Below are positions 1 to 8,684 of a stretch of 47,346 nt of DNA, piece after piece. The position numbers and the translations under genes are program-made. Source of the stretch: Candidatus Ancaeobacter aquaticus (GTDB taxonomy: Bacteria > Auribacterota > Ancaeobacteria > Ancaeobacterales > Ancaeobacteraceae); NCBI GenBank assembly GCA_030765405.1, contig JAVCCP010000018.1, forward strand, positions 1 to 47,346. The letters run 5' to 3'. Under the pieces are notes generated by a model. That model was not told the origin of the DNA and did no database searches. It saw only the letters and a list, made by a program, of their open reading frames with translations. The number at the start of each line of letters is the position of its first letter. Position 1 is the first letter of the stretch.

Positions 1-132
1 GTAAAAGGTTTGGTGGGGGGGGGGGGGGTGGTGTGGGCGTAGGGGGGGTTTTGTCCCCGCGGGGGCGGCCGCCCCGCGGGGGGTGGTTCCCCCCCCCCCC
101 CCCCCCCGACACGGCGTAATTTCACCCCTTTT

Positions 133-171
133 CCACCGCGTAGGTGACCCAAAGGGGCTCCTACGCGGTGG
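133..171. repeat. GC-rich palindrome, CACCG...CGGTG family (copy 1)
   Basis: CCACCGCGTAGG (133-144) is the perfect reverse complement of CCTACGCGGTGG (160-171), followed by GAATT. It lies next to low-quality-looking sequence. Confidence 0.6.
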
Positions 172-243
172 GAATTAGGTGGTTGAGTGGGTATTTGTTA
201 ATTGGAATTTTATTACTAGAAATAAAAACTTCAAAGGTAAGCT

Positions 244-1704
244 ATGGATCACGAATCAATTAAAGGACTTAAAAAAATAAACGATTACTGCTGGGAAATG
301 CCACAAACTTTTAAACCAGGCATGAAAGTTCCCGGGCGGATATATGCCCCTGAAAAATTTCTTGATGCGATCGTTAAAGATAAATGTCAGGAACAAATAG
401 CGAATGTTGCCTTTCTCCCCGGCATAGTGAAGTATTCGCTCGCTATGCCCGACATACATTGGGGTTATGGTTTTCCCATTGGAGGTGTTGCAGCTACTGA
501 TATTGATAATGGCGGGGTTCTTACACCGGGAGGAGTTGGATTTGATATAAACTGTGGGGTACGTCTCTTGCGAACGGATCTTGAAAAGAAAGATATTACC
601 CCAAAGGTGCAAGACCTTGTCAGGGCTCTCTATCACAATGTTCCCTGTGGTGTTGGTGTCGGCGGAAAGATAAAAATTAATCCGGCTGAATTAAAAAAAC
701 TACTCAAAAAAGGTTCTAAATGGGCCGTTAATAATGGATATGGTACCGAAGAAGACATTGAATATACCGAAAATAATGGCTGCATGATAGACGCTGACCC
801 GGAATGTGTATCTGATCGTGCAATTAAACGAGGGCTAGATCAATCAGGAACACTTGGGTCGGGAAACCATTTTATTGAAGTGCAAGTCATAGATAAAGTG
901 TTTGACGATACTGCAGCGCGATGTTTTGGTCTTTTCGAGGGGCAAGTTACGGTAATGATCCATTCGGGATCACGCGGGCTTGGCTATCAGGTGTGTGCTG
1001 ATTACCTGAAAGTTATGCGAAACTGTCCTCAGAAATACGGAATCAGTGTTCCTGACAGACAGCTCGTCAGTGCTCCTGTCGCATCAGAGGAAGGCCAGCG
1101 GTATCTCGCGGCAATGTATGCTGCTGCAAACTATGCGTGGGCAAACAGACAGTGTCTAATGCATCTTACCCGCAGCGTGTTTGAAAAAGTCTTTCAAAAG
1201 GGCTATCACGGACTCGGGATGGATCTTGTGTATGATGTGTCACACAACATTGCAAAAATCGAGCACCATGTCATTGAGGGTAAAGAAAAGACTCTCTGTG
1301 TTCATCGCAAGGGTGCAACCCGTGCTTTTCCAAAAAATCATCCCGATATACCGCAAAAGTATCGCGCTATAGGGCAACCGGTCATTATTCCTGGTGATAT
1401 GGGAAGCTACTCATACGTTATGGTCGGAACCGAACGTGCAATGCAAGAAACATTCGGCTCAATTTGTCATGGTGCCGGTAGGGTAATGAGTCGCACTCAA
1501 GCCGTAAAACAGTCAACTGCACACCAGATTGTCTCAGATCTCGAGAAAAAAGGTATCCTAGTAATGGCGACAGGTAAAAGCACCATAGCTGAAGAAGCTC
1601 CTTACGCATATAAAGATGTTAACGAGGTCACTGAAGCAGTTACCGGAGCAGGTCTTGCCCGTCCCGTTGTCCGCATGAAACCCCTCGGCGTCATCAAGGG
1701 GTAG
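244..1704 (+). CDS. rtcB: RNA-splicing/repair ligase RtcB (long, archaeal-like type)
   Basis: 486 aa with RtcB motifs MPDIHWGYGFPIGG, GFDINCGVR, GTLGSGNHF, MIHSGSRG, HRKGAT, HGAGR, EEAPYAYK and C-terminal PLGVIKG. Confidence 0.97.
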   Translation: MDHESIKGLKKINDYCWEMPQTFKPGMKVPGRIYAPEKFLDAIVKDKCQEQIANVAFLPGIVKYSLAMPDIHWGYGFPIGGVAATDIDNGGVLTPGGVGFDINCGVRLLRTDLEKKDITPKVQDLVRALYHNVPCGVGVGGKIKINPAELKKLLKKGSKWAVNNGYGTEEDIEYTENNGCMIDADPECVSDRAIKRGLDQSGTLGSGNHFIEVQVIDKVFDDTAARCFGLFEGQVTVMIHSGSRGLGYQVCADYLKVMRNCPQKYGISVPDRQLVSAPVASEEGQRYLAAMYAAANYAWANRQCLMHLTRSVFEKVFQKGYHGLGMDLVYDVSHNIAKIEHHVIEGKEKTLCVHRKGATRAFPKNHPDIPQKYRAIGQPVIIPGDMGSYSYVMVGTERAMQETFGSICHGAGRVMSRTQAVKQSTAHQIVSDLEKKGILVMATGKSTIAEEAPYAYKDVNEVTEAVTGAGLARPVVRMKPLGVIKG

Positions 1705-1753
1705 CTTCGCTACTTTCATTCTTATGTCATCACTTTTATTTTTTTGAAACAGA

Positions 1754-1793
1754 CACCGCGGTCGGTGGGATTTTTCACCGACGCGGTGAGAAT
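1754..1793. repeat. REP-like palindrome, CACCG...CGGTG family (copy 2, two sub-units)
   Basis: CACCGCGGTCGGTG-GGATTTTT-CACCGACGCGGTG-AGAAT. The arms are reverse complementary with a 1-nt bulge, and each half is itself a small palindrome. No U-tract directly follows. Confidence 0.65.
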
Positions 1794-1876
1794 GTTACTT
1801 CCAATCTTGTAATCGCAATGCGATTTCTGAGAACGCACTTATTTGTTTCAATCATTCACCTTTTTTAGCCCTCTCC

Positions 1877-2599
1877 TGTTATACCAATGCGATAATGTCC
1901 TATTTACAGATGCTATAATTGTACCTCCAAGAGGAGGGCAATATGGCAGAAAAGGACATAATCGTGATAAAACAGAAAGAGTTAAAGCACTTGCATGTGA
2001 TCAGGAAAGTACTGGAGAAACAAATAAGACAAAGTGAAGCAGGAAAGATATTGGGATTAAGCACGCGGCAAATACGCAGGAAAACGAAACGGGTACGAAC
2101 AGAAGGAGATAAAGAGATAATACACTAGTCGTGAGGCAGAGCCTCACATAATGCCAATCCGGAAGAGGTCAAGGAAAAGGTGAGGAAGATATGCCGAGAG
2201 AAGTACTGGGATTTTGGGCCGACATTAGCACCTGGAAATACCTGAGGGCATGGACCTTGATGAGTATTTATGCATTAAAACACAGCGTACAATCCGTAAT
2301 GACTATACGGTGGGTTATAACAGTAAGCTATATCAGGTAACAAGTGTGACAAAAGCTAAGAAAATAACGGTAGAAGAGAGGATAAGCGGCAGGGTGGTAA
2401 TACGAGAGGATAGTGGACGTCTTTTGGAGTGTATCGAGATAAAAAGCCGTTCTACAAAGCAAACAGAGACAAAGACGACAAAGATCAAGAAGAGGTATCT
2501 TCCACCAATGAGTCACCCATATAAAAGATATCTAAAAAAAGGGAAAGAACAGTTGCAACTAGTTAATTAAAAAGCGGACATTTTAACTTTGGGTTGACA
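1877..2599 (+). mobile_element. Non-autonomous, internally deleted ISNCY (IS1202-like) insertion sequence, 723 bp
   Basis: Imperfect 24-bp terminal IRs: TGTTATACCAATGCGATAATGTCC (1877-1900) and GGACATTTTAACTTTGGGTTGACA (2576-2599), 17/24 matches with TGT...ACA ends. They enclose transposase N- and C-terminal fragments. Confidence 0.8.
1943..2570 (+). pseudogene. ISNCY-family transposase pseudogene (HTH N-terminus plus C-terminus, DDE core missing)
   Basis: RBS GAGGAG, then ATG at 1943. Reads MAEKDII...LGLSTRQIRR...IIH*S*GRASHN...KYWDFGPTLA with in-frame stops at 2126-2128 and 2132-2134. At about 2230 it jumps frame to ...DLDEYLCIKTQRTIRNDYTV..., a typical C-terminal segment. Confidence 0.82.
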
Positions 2600-2614
2600 A
2601 AGCAATTCGCGCTA

Positions 2615-2643
2615 TTGACAAAGCAACACTAGTAGTGTATAAT
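2615..2643 (+). promoter_or_regulatory. Perfect-consensus sigma70 promoter
   Basis: TTGACA (2615-2620), 17-bp spacer, TATAAT (2638-2643); 40 nt upstream of the ATG at 2684. Confidence 0.85.
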
Positions 2644-2683
2644 GTAGAGCAATAACAGAAAAAGAGAAGGGTGTGCGTGTATC

Positions 2684-2908
2684 ATGACTCGAAAAATCGT
2701 ATATGATATAATCAGTAAAAGTGTTATAGATAGAGCTTTTGCTAAGCAGTTAATGGAAAATCCCGAAAAAGCACTCAAAGAATATGAGCTTACCCCTGAA
2801 GAAATCCATGCAATTAAGGCTATGCAAGTAGAGTTTGACCAGAAATACATCAAGGGAAACATCCCTCACCCCGTAGAAAAGATCAAGAAAAACGGTTCAT
2901 CAAAGTAA
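2684..2908 (+). CDS. Small protein resembling NHLP-clan (Os1348-like) leader peptide proteins
   Basis: 74 aa. N-terminal IISKSVIDRAFAKQLMENPEKALKEYELTPEEIHAI fits the D..F...L..nP..AL..y.Lt.eE pattern. It has its own promoter and terminator. Confidence 0.6.
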   Translation: MTRKIVYDIISKSVIDRAFAKQLMENPEKALKEYELTPEEIHAIKAMQVEFDQKYIKGNIPHPVEKIKKNGSSK

Positions 2909-2932
2909 AGAGTCATCGACTCTTTTATTTTT
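2906..2932 (+). terminator. Probable intrinsic terminator
   Basis: AAAGAGTC-ATC-GACTCTTT stem-loop followed by TATTTTT, at the stop codon of the 74-aa gene. Confidence 0.55.
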
Positions 2933-3072
2933 CGTTTTTTCTAACATAAATACGAATATGCTTCCCAACCAAAAAAATTAAATGACATGAAATGTCTTTG
3001 TGCTTGATAATTGGGGGTAATTATACTAAGTTAAAAATGTTAACCTGAAATTACCCAAAAAGTGTTGTTGTT

Positions 3073-6057
3073 ATGCCCCAAGAAATACATGATTTTATAT
3101 CCTCCCTGAAGAAATCATCTGTCTTTAAAGACTATGTGATTCACCATGAAGAGCTTGAAGAAAAAGAACCTGACCTATGTGATATTAATCCATGGATCGC
3201 TGAATCGATAACTTCATACTTTAAAGAAAACGGGGTCGAAAAACTTTTTTCTCATCAACACGAAGCACTGGAAGAAATCCATAAAGGAAACCATACCGGA
3301 ATTTTGACTCCTACCGGGAGTGGTAAGAGCCTCATATACAACACGTCAGTTTTAAACAATATTTTGGATGATAATAGTGCTCGTGGCCTATACATTTTTC
3401 CTATTAAAGCGTTAGAGCAAGACCAGCTTAAAGGGCTGCGTGAATTTGTTAACGGGATTGGAAGCGCTGGCTTTATCACCGCAGAAATCTATGATGGTGA
3501 CACAAAGCCAAGTCATAGAACAAAGATTATACGTGAAATGCCAAACATTATTATTACGACACCGGATATGTTGCATTTAGGGATCATTCCTCATCATTCA
3601 AAATGGGAAACATTCTTTAAAAACCTAAGGTATATTGTTGTCGATGAGCTGCATACCTATAAAGGTGTTTTCGGGACACATTTTCTCCATGTTTTAAAGA
3701 GGTTAAAGAGAGTTGCAGAGCATTATGGTGCTTCCCCACAGTTTATTTGTTCATCCGCGACGGTAAGTAATCCCGAAAAATTTCTTAAAGACATTACCGG
3801 CCATGAATGTTCGATCATTACAGAAGACGGTGCCCCAAAAGCAAAAAAACACTTTGTGTTTATAAACCCTGAAATAAGCCCGTATACAGCAGCATCACAA
3901 CTTTTTTTGCGTAGTATTCAGGCAAAACTGAAAACAATCGTTTTTTCAAAGGCGAGAAAGATTACCGAGCTTATTTATACCTGGGTATTAGAAAAATCTC
4001 CTTCACTGCATGACCGGGTAAGCTCGTATCGTGCGGGATACACGCCGGAAGAGAGAAGAGAGATTGAACGAAAACTTTTCAGCGATGAAATGGACGGGGT
4101 GATATCAACGAGTGCTCTTGAGATGGGTATTGATATTGGTGGCCTTGACGTGTGCATCCTTGTTGGGTATCCGGGAACGATTACGAGTACATGGCAACGG
4201 GGCGGACGCGTAGGGAGAGCGGGGAATGACTCGATCATCTTTTTGATCGCGGGGCAGGATGCGCTCGATCAGTATTTTATGCATAATCCGGACGATTTCT
4301 TTACGCGCCGATACGAAGATATCATAGTTGATAATACCAATAGACCCATACAAAAAGCGCATATTAAATGCGCCGCACAGGAACTCCCGCTAAAAAAGAA
4401 GGATCTTTCGTATCCATTTGAAACACATTCTGTAAGTATTCGTGAGCTCGAGCTTGAAAAAGGGCTTTTTAAGAGTGCAACCGAAGATCTTTGGTACGGG
4501 GCGAGCCAGCGACCACAACGACATGTGCATATTCGATCAATTGGTGAGGGATACACCATATTTGAAAAAGGTGAGAAAAAACCTATGGGTAGTGTAAGTG
4601 GGATACGAGTGTTTAAAGAATGTCATAAAGGGGCAATATATCTTCATAGGGCAAAACAGTATGTGGTTACCGAACTTGATCTCGAGAACAAGAATATTAT
4701 TGTCTCACATTCAGGAGAGAAATATTACACACACGCAATATCGGAAAAAGAAACTGAGATCCTTTCCCGTGACAGGATGAAGCCAGTGCACAACTTCATT
4801 GTTCGCGAAGGAAACCTGAAAGTAACCCAAACCATTACCGGTTACCAGAAAAAAGAGCTCTACAGCCAGTCGGTATTGGAAAATTATGAGCTTGAATTAC
4901 CTCCACAGATGTTTGAAACAGTCGGTATGTGGATAGAGATCGAATGGATGTTTCAAGATCACCTTAAAGAGGCAGGGTTTAATTATATGGGGGCTATACA
5001 TGCTATTGAGCACGCCCTGATCGCTCTTTTTCCTCTTTTTATTATGTGTGATAGTGATGATGTGGGTGGAATATGCTATCCGGTACATGCTCAGGTAGGT
5101 AAATCAGCGATATTTATCTATGATGGCTATCCGGGAGGGATTGGCTTATCACAAAGATGTTATGACAAGATCGAAGAGCATCTTAACGCGACATTAAACC
5201 TTGTCTCACAATGCGAATGTGATTTTGGGTGTCCTTCATGCATACATTCATCAAAATGCGGCTCGGGAAACAAACCGCTTGATAAGCAGGGAGCGATAAT
5301 GCTCCTAGAGCTCTTATTAGGCAAACGATCTCTTGAAAATCAAAATACGGCAACTGATCTCGACCAGGGCCTCCAGAACATGGAAAAATTCATGGAAGAA
5401 GTACCCGTGGAAATAAAACAAGAGGCCAAACGCGTTGTTTACTTTGACCTTGAAACACAACGATCAGCCGCTGAAGTTGGTGGATGGAACAATAACCATC
5501 TTATGAGGGTATCAGTAGGAGTTGCATTTGATTCGCGGCAGGATAAATTCCTCACTTTCTATGAAAACACCATTGATGATTTAATAGAACTGCTGAAAGC
5601 AGCCGATCTTGTTGTCGGTTTTAATGTGAAACGGTTTGATTATGGTGTTTTAAAAGGATATACCGACTTTGATTTTACAAAGCTTAATACGTTCGATATT
5701 TTAGAGGATATACACAAGAATCTAGGGCATCGATTAAGCCTTGACCATCTTGCTAAAAATACTCTTGGCTCAAAAAAGTCCGCAGACGGGTTAATGGCGC
5801 TCAGATGGTTTAAAGAAGGAAAAATGAAAGAGATTGCAGAGTACTGCACCAAAGACGTGGAAATCACCAGGGACCTTTTTTTGCATGGCGCCCTGAAAAA
5901 GCACGTCATTTTTCAGCGCAAAAACGGTGAAACTGTCCAACTGCCGGTTGATTGGGATATTGAAGAACTAGTAAAAAGCGAAAAAGAGCTAAAAAAGAAG
6001 TCAGTTCCAGTAAATACTACCGCAATCACAAACACCACCAATTCTCAAGCTTTTTAG
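3073..6057 (+). CDS. SF2 DEAD/DEAH helicase with DUF1998 Zn-binding domain (Hrq1/SftH/MrfA type) fused to a C-terminal DEDD (RNase_H_2/MrfB-like) exonuclease
   Basis: Helicase motifs TPTGSGKS, DELH, SAT, YRAGY, LEMGIDIG, QRGGRVGR; DUF1998-type HAIEHAL, YDGYPGGIG and CECDFGCPSC; C-terminal YFDLETQ, GFNVKRFDY, YCTKDV. Confidence 0.88.
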   Translation: MPQEIHDFISSLKKSSVFKDYVIHHEELEEKEPDLCDINPWIAESITSYFKENGVEKLFSHQHEALEEIHKGNHTGILTPTGSGKSLIYNTSVLNNILDDNSARGLYIFPIKALEQDQLKGLREFVNGIGSAGFITAEIYDGDTKPSHRTKIIREMPNIIITTPDMLHLGIIPHHSKWETFFKNLRYIVVDELHTYKGVFGTHFLHVLKRLKRVAEHYGASPQFICSSATVSNPEKFLKDITGHECSIITEDGAPKAKKHFVFINPEISPYTAASQLFLRSIQAKLKTIVFSKARKITELIYTWVLEKSPSLHDRVSSYRAGYTPEERREIERKLFSDEMDGVISTSALEMGIDIGGLDVCILVGYPGTITSTWQRGGRVGRAGNDSIIFLIAGQDALDQYFMHNPDDFFTRRYEDIIVDNTNRPIQKAHIKCAAQELPLKKKDLSYPFETHSVSIRELELEKGLFKSATEDLWYGASQRPQRHVHIRSIGEGYTIFEKGEKKPMGSVSGIRVFKECHKGAIYLHRAKQYVVTELDLENKNIIVSHSGEKYYTHAISEKETEILSRDRMKPVHNFIVREGNLKVTQTITGYQKKELYSQSVLENYELELPPQMFETVGMWIEIEWMFQDHLKEAGFNYMGAIHAIEHALIALFPLFIMCDSDDVGGICYPVHAQVGKSAIFIYDGYPGGIGLSQRCYDKIEEHLNATLNLVSQCECDFGCPSCIHSSKCGSGNKPLDKQGAIMLLELLLGKRSLENQNTATDLDQGLQNMEKFMEEVPVEIKQEAKRVVYFDLETQRSAAEVGGWNNNHLMRVSVGVAFDSRQDKFLTFYENTIDDLIELLKAADLVVGFNVKRFDYGVLKGYTDFDFTKLNTFDILEDIHKNLGHRLSLDHLAKNTLGSKKSADGLMALRWFKEGKMKEIAEYCTKDVEITRDLFLHGALKKHVIFQRKNGETVQLPVDWDIEELVKSEKELKKKSVPVNTTAITNTTNSQAF

Positions 6058-6078
6058 GCTGGTAAAGAATCTGCCAGA

Positions 6079-6087
6079 TGGTATACT
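6079..6087 (+). promoter_or_regulatory. Extended -10 element upstream of rmuC
   Basis: TG-G-TATACT. The same 12-mer ATGGTATACTAT also occurs at 25058-25069 upstream of the DUF2062 gene. Confidence 0.4.
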
Positions 6088-6133
6088 ATGAAGCAGGTTA
6101 TAAGTAACACCTTAATTTTTGAAAGAGATACAT

Positions 6134-7279
6134 ATGGATATATTTTGGATTATAATTAGTTTTGTTTTTGGTGCAGCGATTGCGATTATTTTTATTAAGT
6201 TTGTTATGCGTAACACTCGCGAAGATTTGAAGTCACAGTTTGTATCCGCAACGCAAGACATGCTCAAAAACAATAATGAGCATTTTATGGCGCTTGCGAA
6301 AGAAAAGTTCGATCACGAACAGACAAAAGCAAAAACAGAACTTGATCTTAACAGGCAAAAAGTTGAGTCTTCAGTTTTACAATTATCTGATCAGTTAAAA
6401 AAATATGAATCACTTATGCGTGAATTTGAAAAAGATAGAGGTGATAAATACGGTAGCCTGGAAGAAAATTTAAGGAATACCACTGAGATAACAAATAGGT
6501 TGCAGTGTTCAACTGAAAAACTGAATACAATACTCGGGAACGTAAAGTTGAGAGGGCATTGGGGTGAAAAAATAGCCGATGATATTCTCAAATATTCAGG
6601 ACTGGTTGAAGGGCTGCATTATAAGAAAAATACCGCGCAGGAAACAGTAAATACCCGTCCGGATTTCATGTTTAATCTTTCCGATGGGCATAAGGTGTAT
6701 ATGGATGTAAAGTTCCCGCTTTCAGCATATTTAGGATATATCAATGCGCAATCTGACGTTGAGCGTACAAATAAAAAAAATCAATTTGTATCGGATGTAA
6801 AATTACGAATAAAAGAAATAACGAAAAGAGAGTATATAAATCCCGATGAAAAGACACTTGATTATATATTGCTTTTTATTCCGAATGAGCAGGTGTATTC
6901 ATTTGCAAATGAAGTTGCTCCTGGACTGATCGATGAAGCGATACAAAAAAAAGTTATACTGTGTTCGCCGTGGACGCTGTATGCAGTACTTAGAATTATC
7001 TGGCAGGCATGGGAAAATTATCATACCTCGCAAAGTGTGCAGCATGTACTGACTCTTATCCAGTCTTTTCTTGGTGAGTATGATAAGTTTTGCGATAAAA
7101 TGACTGAAATGGGTGATCGGCTTGAAAAAGTGCAGAAGTCATATGGTGATCTTGTTGGGACACGTCAACGTAAGCTTGACCGAAAAATAGATAAGATCGA
7201 AGAGTATCGAAAAGGTCAACCCGACAGCAAAGATCATGAAGAAATTTCCGAAGAGACAGTCGAGCAGATGCAGGAATAG
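6134..7279 (+). CDS. rmuC: DNA recombination protein RmuC
   Basis: N-terminal TM helix and coiled coil, then RGHWGE, RPDF, DVKFP, LLFIPNEQ and LCSPWTL motifs. ATG 6134 preferred over TTG 6119. Confidence 0.9.
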   Translation: MDIFWIIISFVFGAAIAIIFIKFVMRNTREDLKSQFVSATQDMLKNNNEHFMALAKEKFDHEQTKAKTELDLNRQKVESSVLQLSDQLKKYESLMREFEKDRGDKYGSLEENLRNTTEITNRLQCSTEKLNTILGNVKLRGHWGEKIADDILKYSGLVEGLHYKKNTAQETVNTRPDFMFNLSDGHKVYMDVKFPLSAYLGYINAQSDVERTNKKNQFVSDVKLRIKEITKREYINPDEKTLDYILLFIPNEQVYSFANEVAPGLIDEAIQKKVILCSPWTLYAVLRIIWQAWENYHTSQSVQHVLTLIQSFLGEYDKFCDKMTEMGDRLEKVQKSYGDLVGTRQRKLDRKIDKIEEYRKGQPDSKDHEEISEETVEQMQE

Positions 7280-7345
7280 TCGATACTCCTACCGTGTTGT
7301 TTTCCGGGATGCAATTACCCTTTACCGAGTATAGGAACATACAGC

Positions 7346-8671
7346 ATGAAAAATGTAAAATTGGAAAATGCAAAAAAAATCGTTAACACCTTACGCAAAA
7401 AAGGGTATGAAGCCTATTTTGTTGGAGGATGTGTGCGCGATCGCGTTATGAAAAAGGTGCCCAAAGACTATGATATTGCGACAGACGCAACCGCACGTGA
7501 CGTAATGAAGTTGTTTCGCAAAACGATACCTGTTGGCGTGCAGTTTGGTGTTGTCGTTGTTGTAAAGGGTAAGATCCAGTACGAAGTTGCGACATTTAGA
7601 AAAGACGGTGAGTATATTGATGGAAGAAGACCGGTAAAAGTACATTTTTCTAACGCTAAAGAAGATGTTCTGAGGCGAGATTTTACCATTAACGGTCTTT
7701 TATATGATCCCGCCAAGAGGAAGACACTCGATTATGTTGGTGGTGTTAAGGATATTGAAAAGAAAGTGTTGCGGTGTATTGGTGACGCTGAAAAACGTTT
7801 TAAAGAAGATAAACTCCGTATGTTAAGAGCCGTGCGTTTCAGTGCGCGCTTTGGGTATATAATCGAAAAGAAAACGTTTGCGGCAATAAAGAAACATGCC
7901 TCGAAAATACATGAAGTTAGCACTGAAAGAATACGCGATGAACTCTCGAAGATATTTACCGATAAAAATGCTGCGCAAGGCATGGATCTTTTAGTAAAAA
8001 GTGGACTCATGAAAGAAGTTTTGCCGGAAGTATGCAAAATGCAAGGAGTCGCTCAGCCACCGAATTTTCATCCCGAGGGAGATGTATACGTACATACACG
8101 GCTGATGTTTGAATTAGGAAAAAAAATGTCCGCTACCCTTGCGTTTGCGGTGCTCTTGCATGATGTGGGTAAGCCAGACACTTATCGAGTCGCTGAAAGG
8201 ATACGGTTTGACGGGCATACATGGGTTGGGGCACGCATGGCAGGCGTTATAATGAAACGCCTGAAGTTTCCTAATGATATACGCAAAGCGGTTGAAATCG
8301 CTATCTTTAACCATCTTAAGTTTATGGATGTTAAAAAGATGCGCGTGAATAAGCTCAAACGTTTTTTAAAAGAACCGACGTTTCCTATGGAGCTTGATCT
8401 GCATCGTCTTGATTGTCTTGCAAGCCATGGAATGCTCGATAACTGGCATTTTTGCAAACGGAAACTAAGAGAGTACAGCCGTACTAAAGAAGCCTTAAGA
8501 CCAAAGCCGCTTGTTAATGGGAATGATCTTATCAAGCTTGGGTATGTTCCTAGTCCGAGGTTTAAAGAAATTCTTACTTTTGTAGAAGATGGTCAGCTCG
8601 AAAATACTATCAAAACAAAAAGACACGCCCTATCTTTGATAAAAAAACATTACCCGATAGAAAATAAATAA
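7346..8671 (+). CDS. cca: Class II tRNA nucleotidyltransferase (CCA-adding family) with HD domain
   Basis: VGGCVRD, DYDIAT, RRDFTIN, EDKLRMLRAVRF; HD region HPEGDVYVHT and LLHDVGKP. CCA versus A-only specificity cannot be resolved by eye. Confidence 0.88.
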   Translation: MKNVKLENAKKIVNTLRKKGYEAYFVGGCVRDRVMKKVPKDYDIATDATARDVMKLFRKTIPVGVQFGVVVVVKGKIQYEVATFRKDGEYIDGRRPVKVHFSNAKEDVLRRDFTINGLLYDPAKRKTLDYVGGVKDIEKKVLRCIGDAEKRFKEDKLRMLRAVRFSARFGYIIEKKTFAAIKKHASKIHEVSTERIRDELSKIFTDKNAAQGMDLLVKSGLMKEVLPEVCKMQGVAQPPNFHPEGDVYVHTRLMFELGKKMSATLAFAVLLHDVGKPDTYRVAERIRFDGHTWVGARMAGVIMKRLKFPNDIRKAVEIAIFNHLKFMDVKKMRVNKLKRFLKEPTFPMELDLHRLDCLASHGMLDNWHFCKRKLREYSRTKEALRPKPLVNGNDLIKLGYVPSPRFKEILTFVEDGQLENTIKTKRHALSLIKKHYPIENK

Positions 8672-8684
8672 TAGATCCGAAGGA

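Noticed and set aside
1..120. Extreme G/C homopolymer stretch with apparent G-quadruplex or hairpin potential
   Set aside because: Composition is unlike the rest of the window and it lies at the window edge. It most likely reflects low-quality contig-end sequence; reads are needed to verify.
2627..2655. Possible dif/xrs-like site next to the IS1202-like element (GTGTATAA-TGTAGA)
   Set aside because: Only a partial XerC-arm and spacer resemblance, no XerD arm (TTATGTTAAAT), and the match is explained by the -10 box.
3073..6057. DUF1998 helicase as part of an anti-phage system (DISARM, Druantia, Dpd)
   Set aside because: No methylase, PLD nuclease or other defence partners nearby. The architecture fits the stand-alone Hrq1/SftH/MrfA repair clade.
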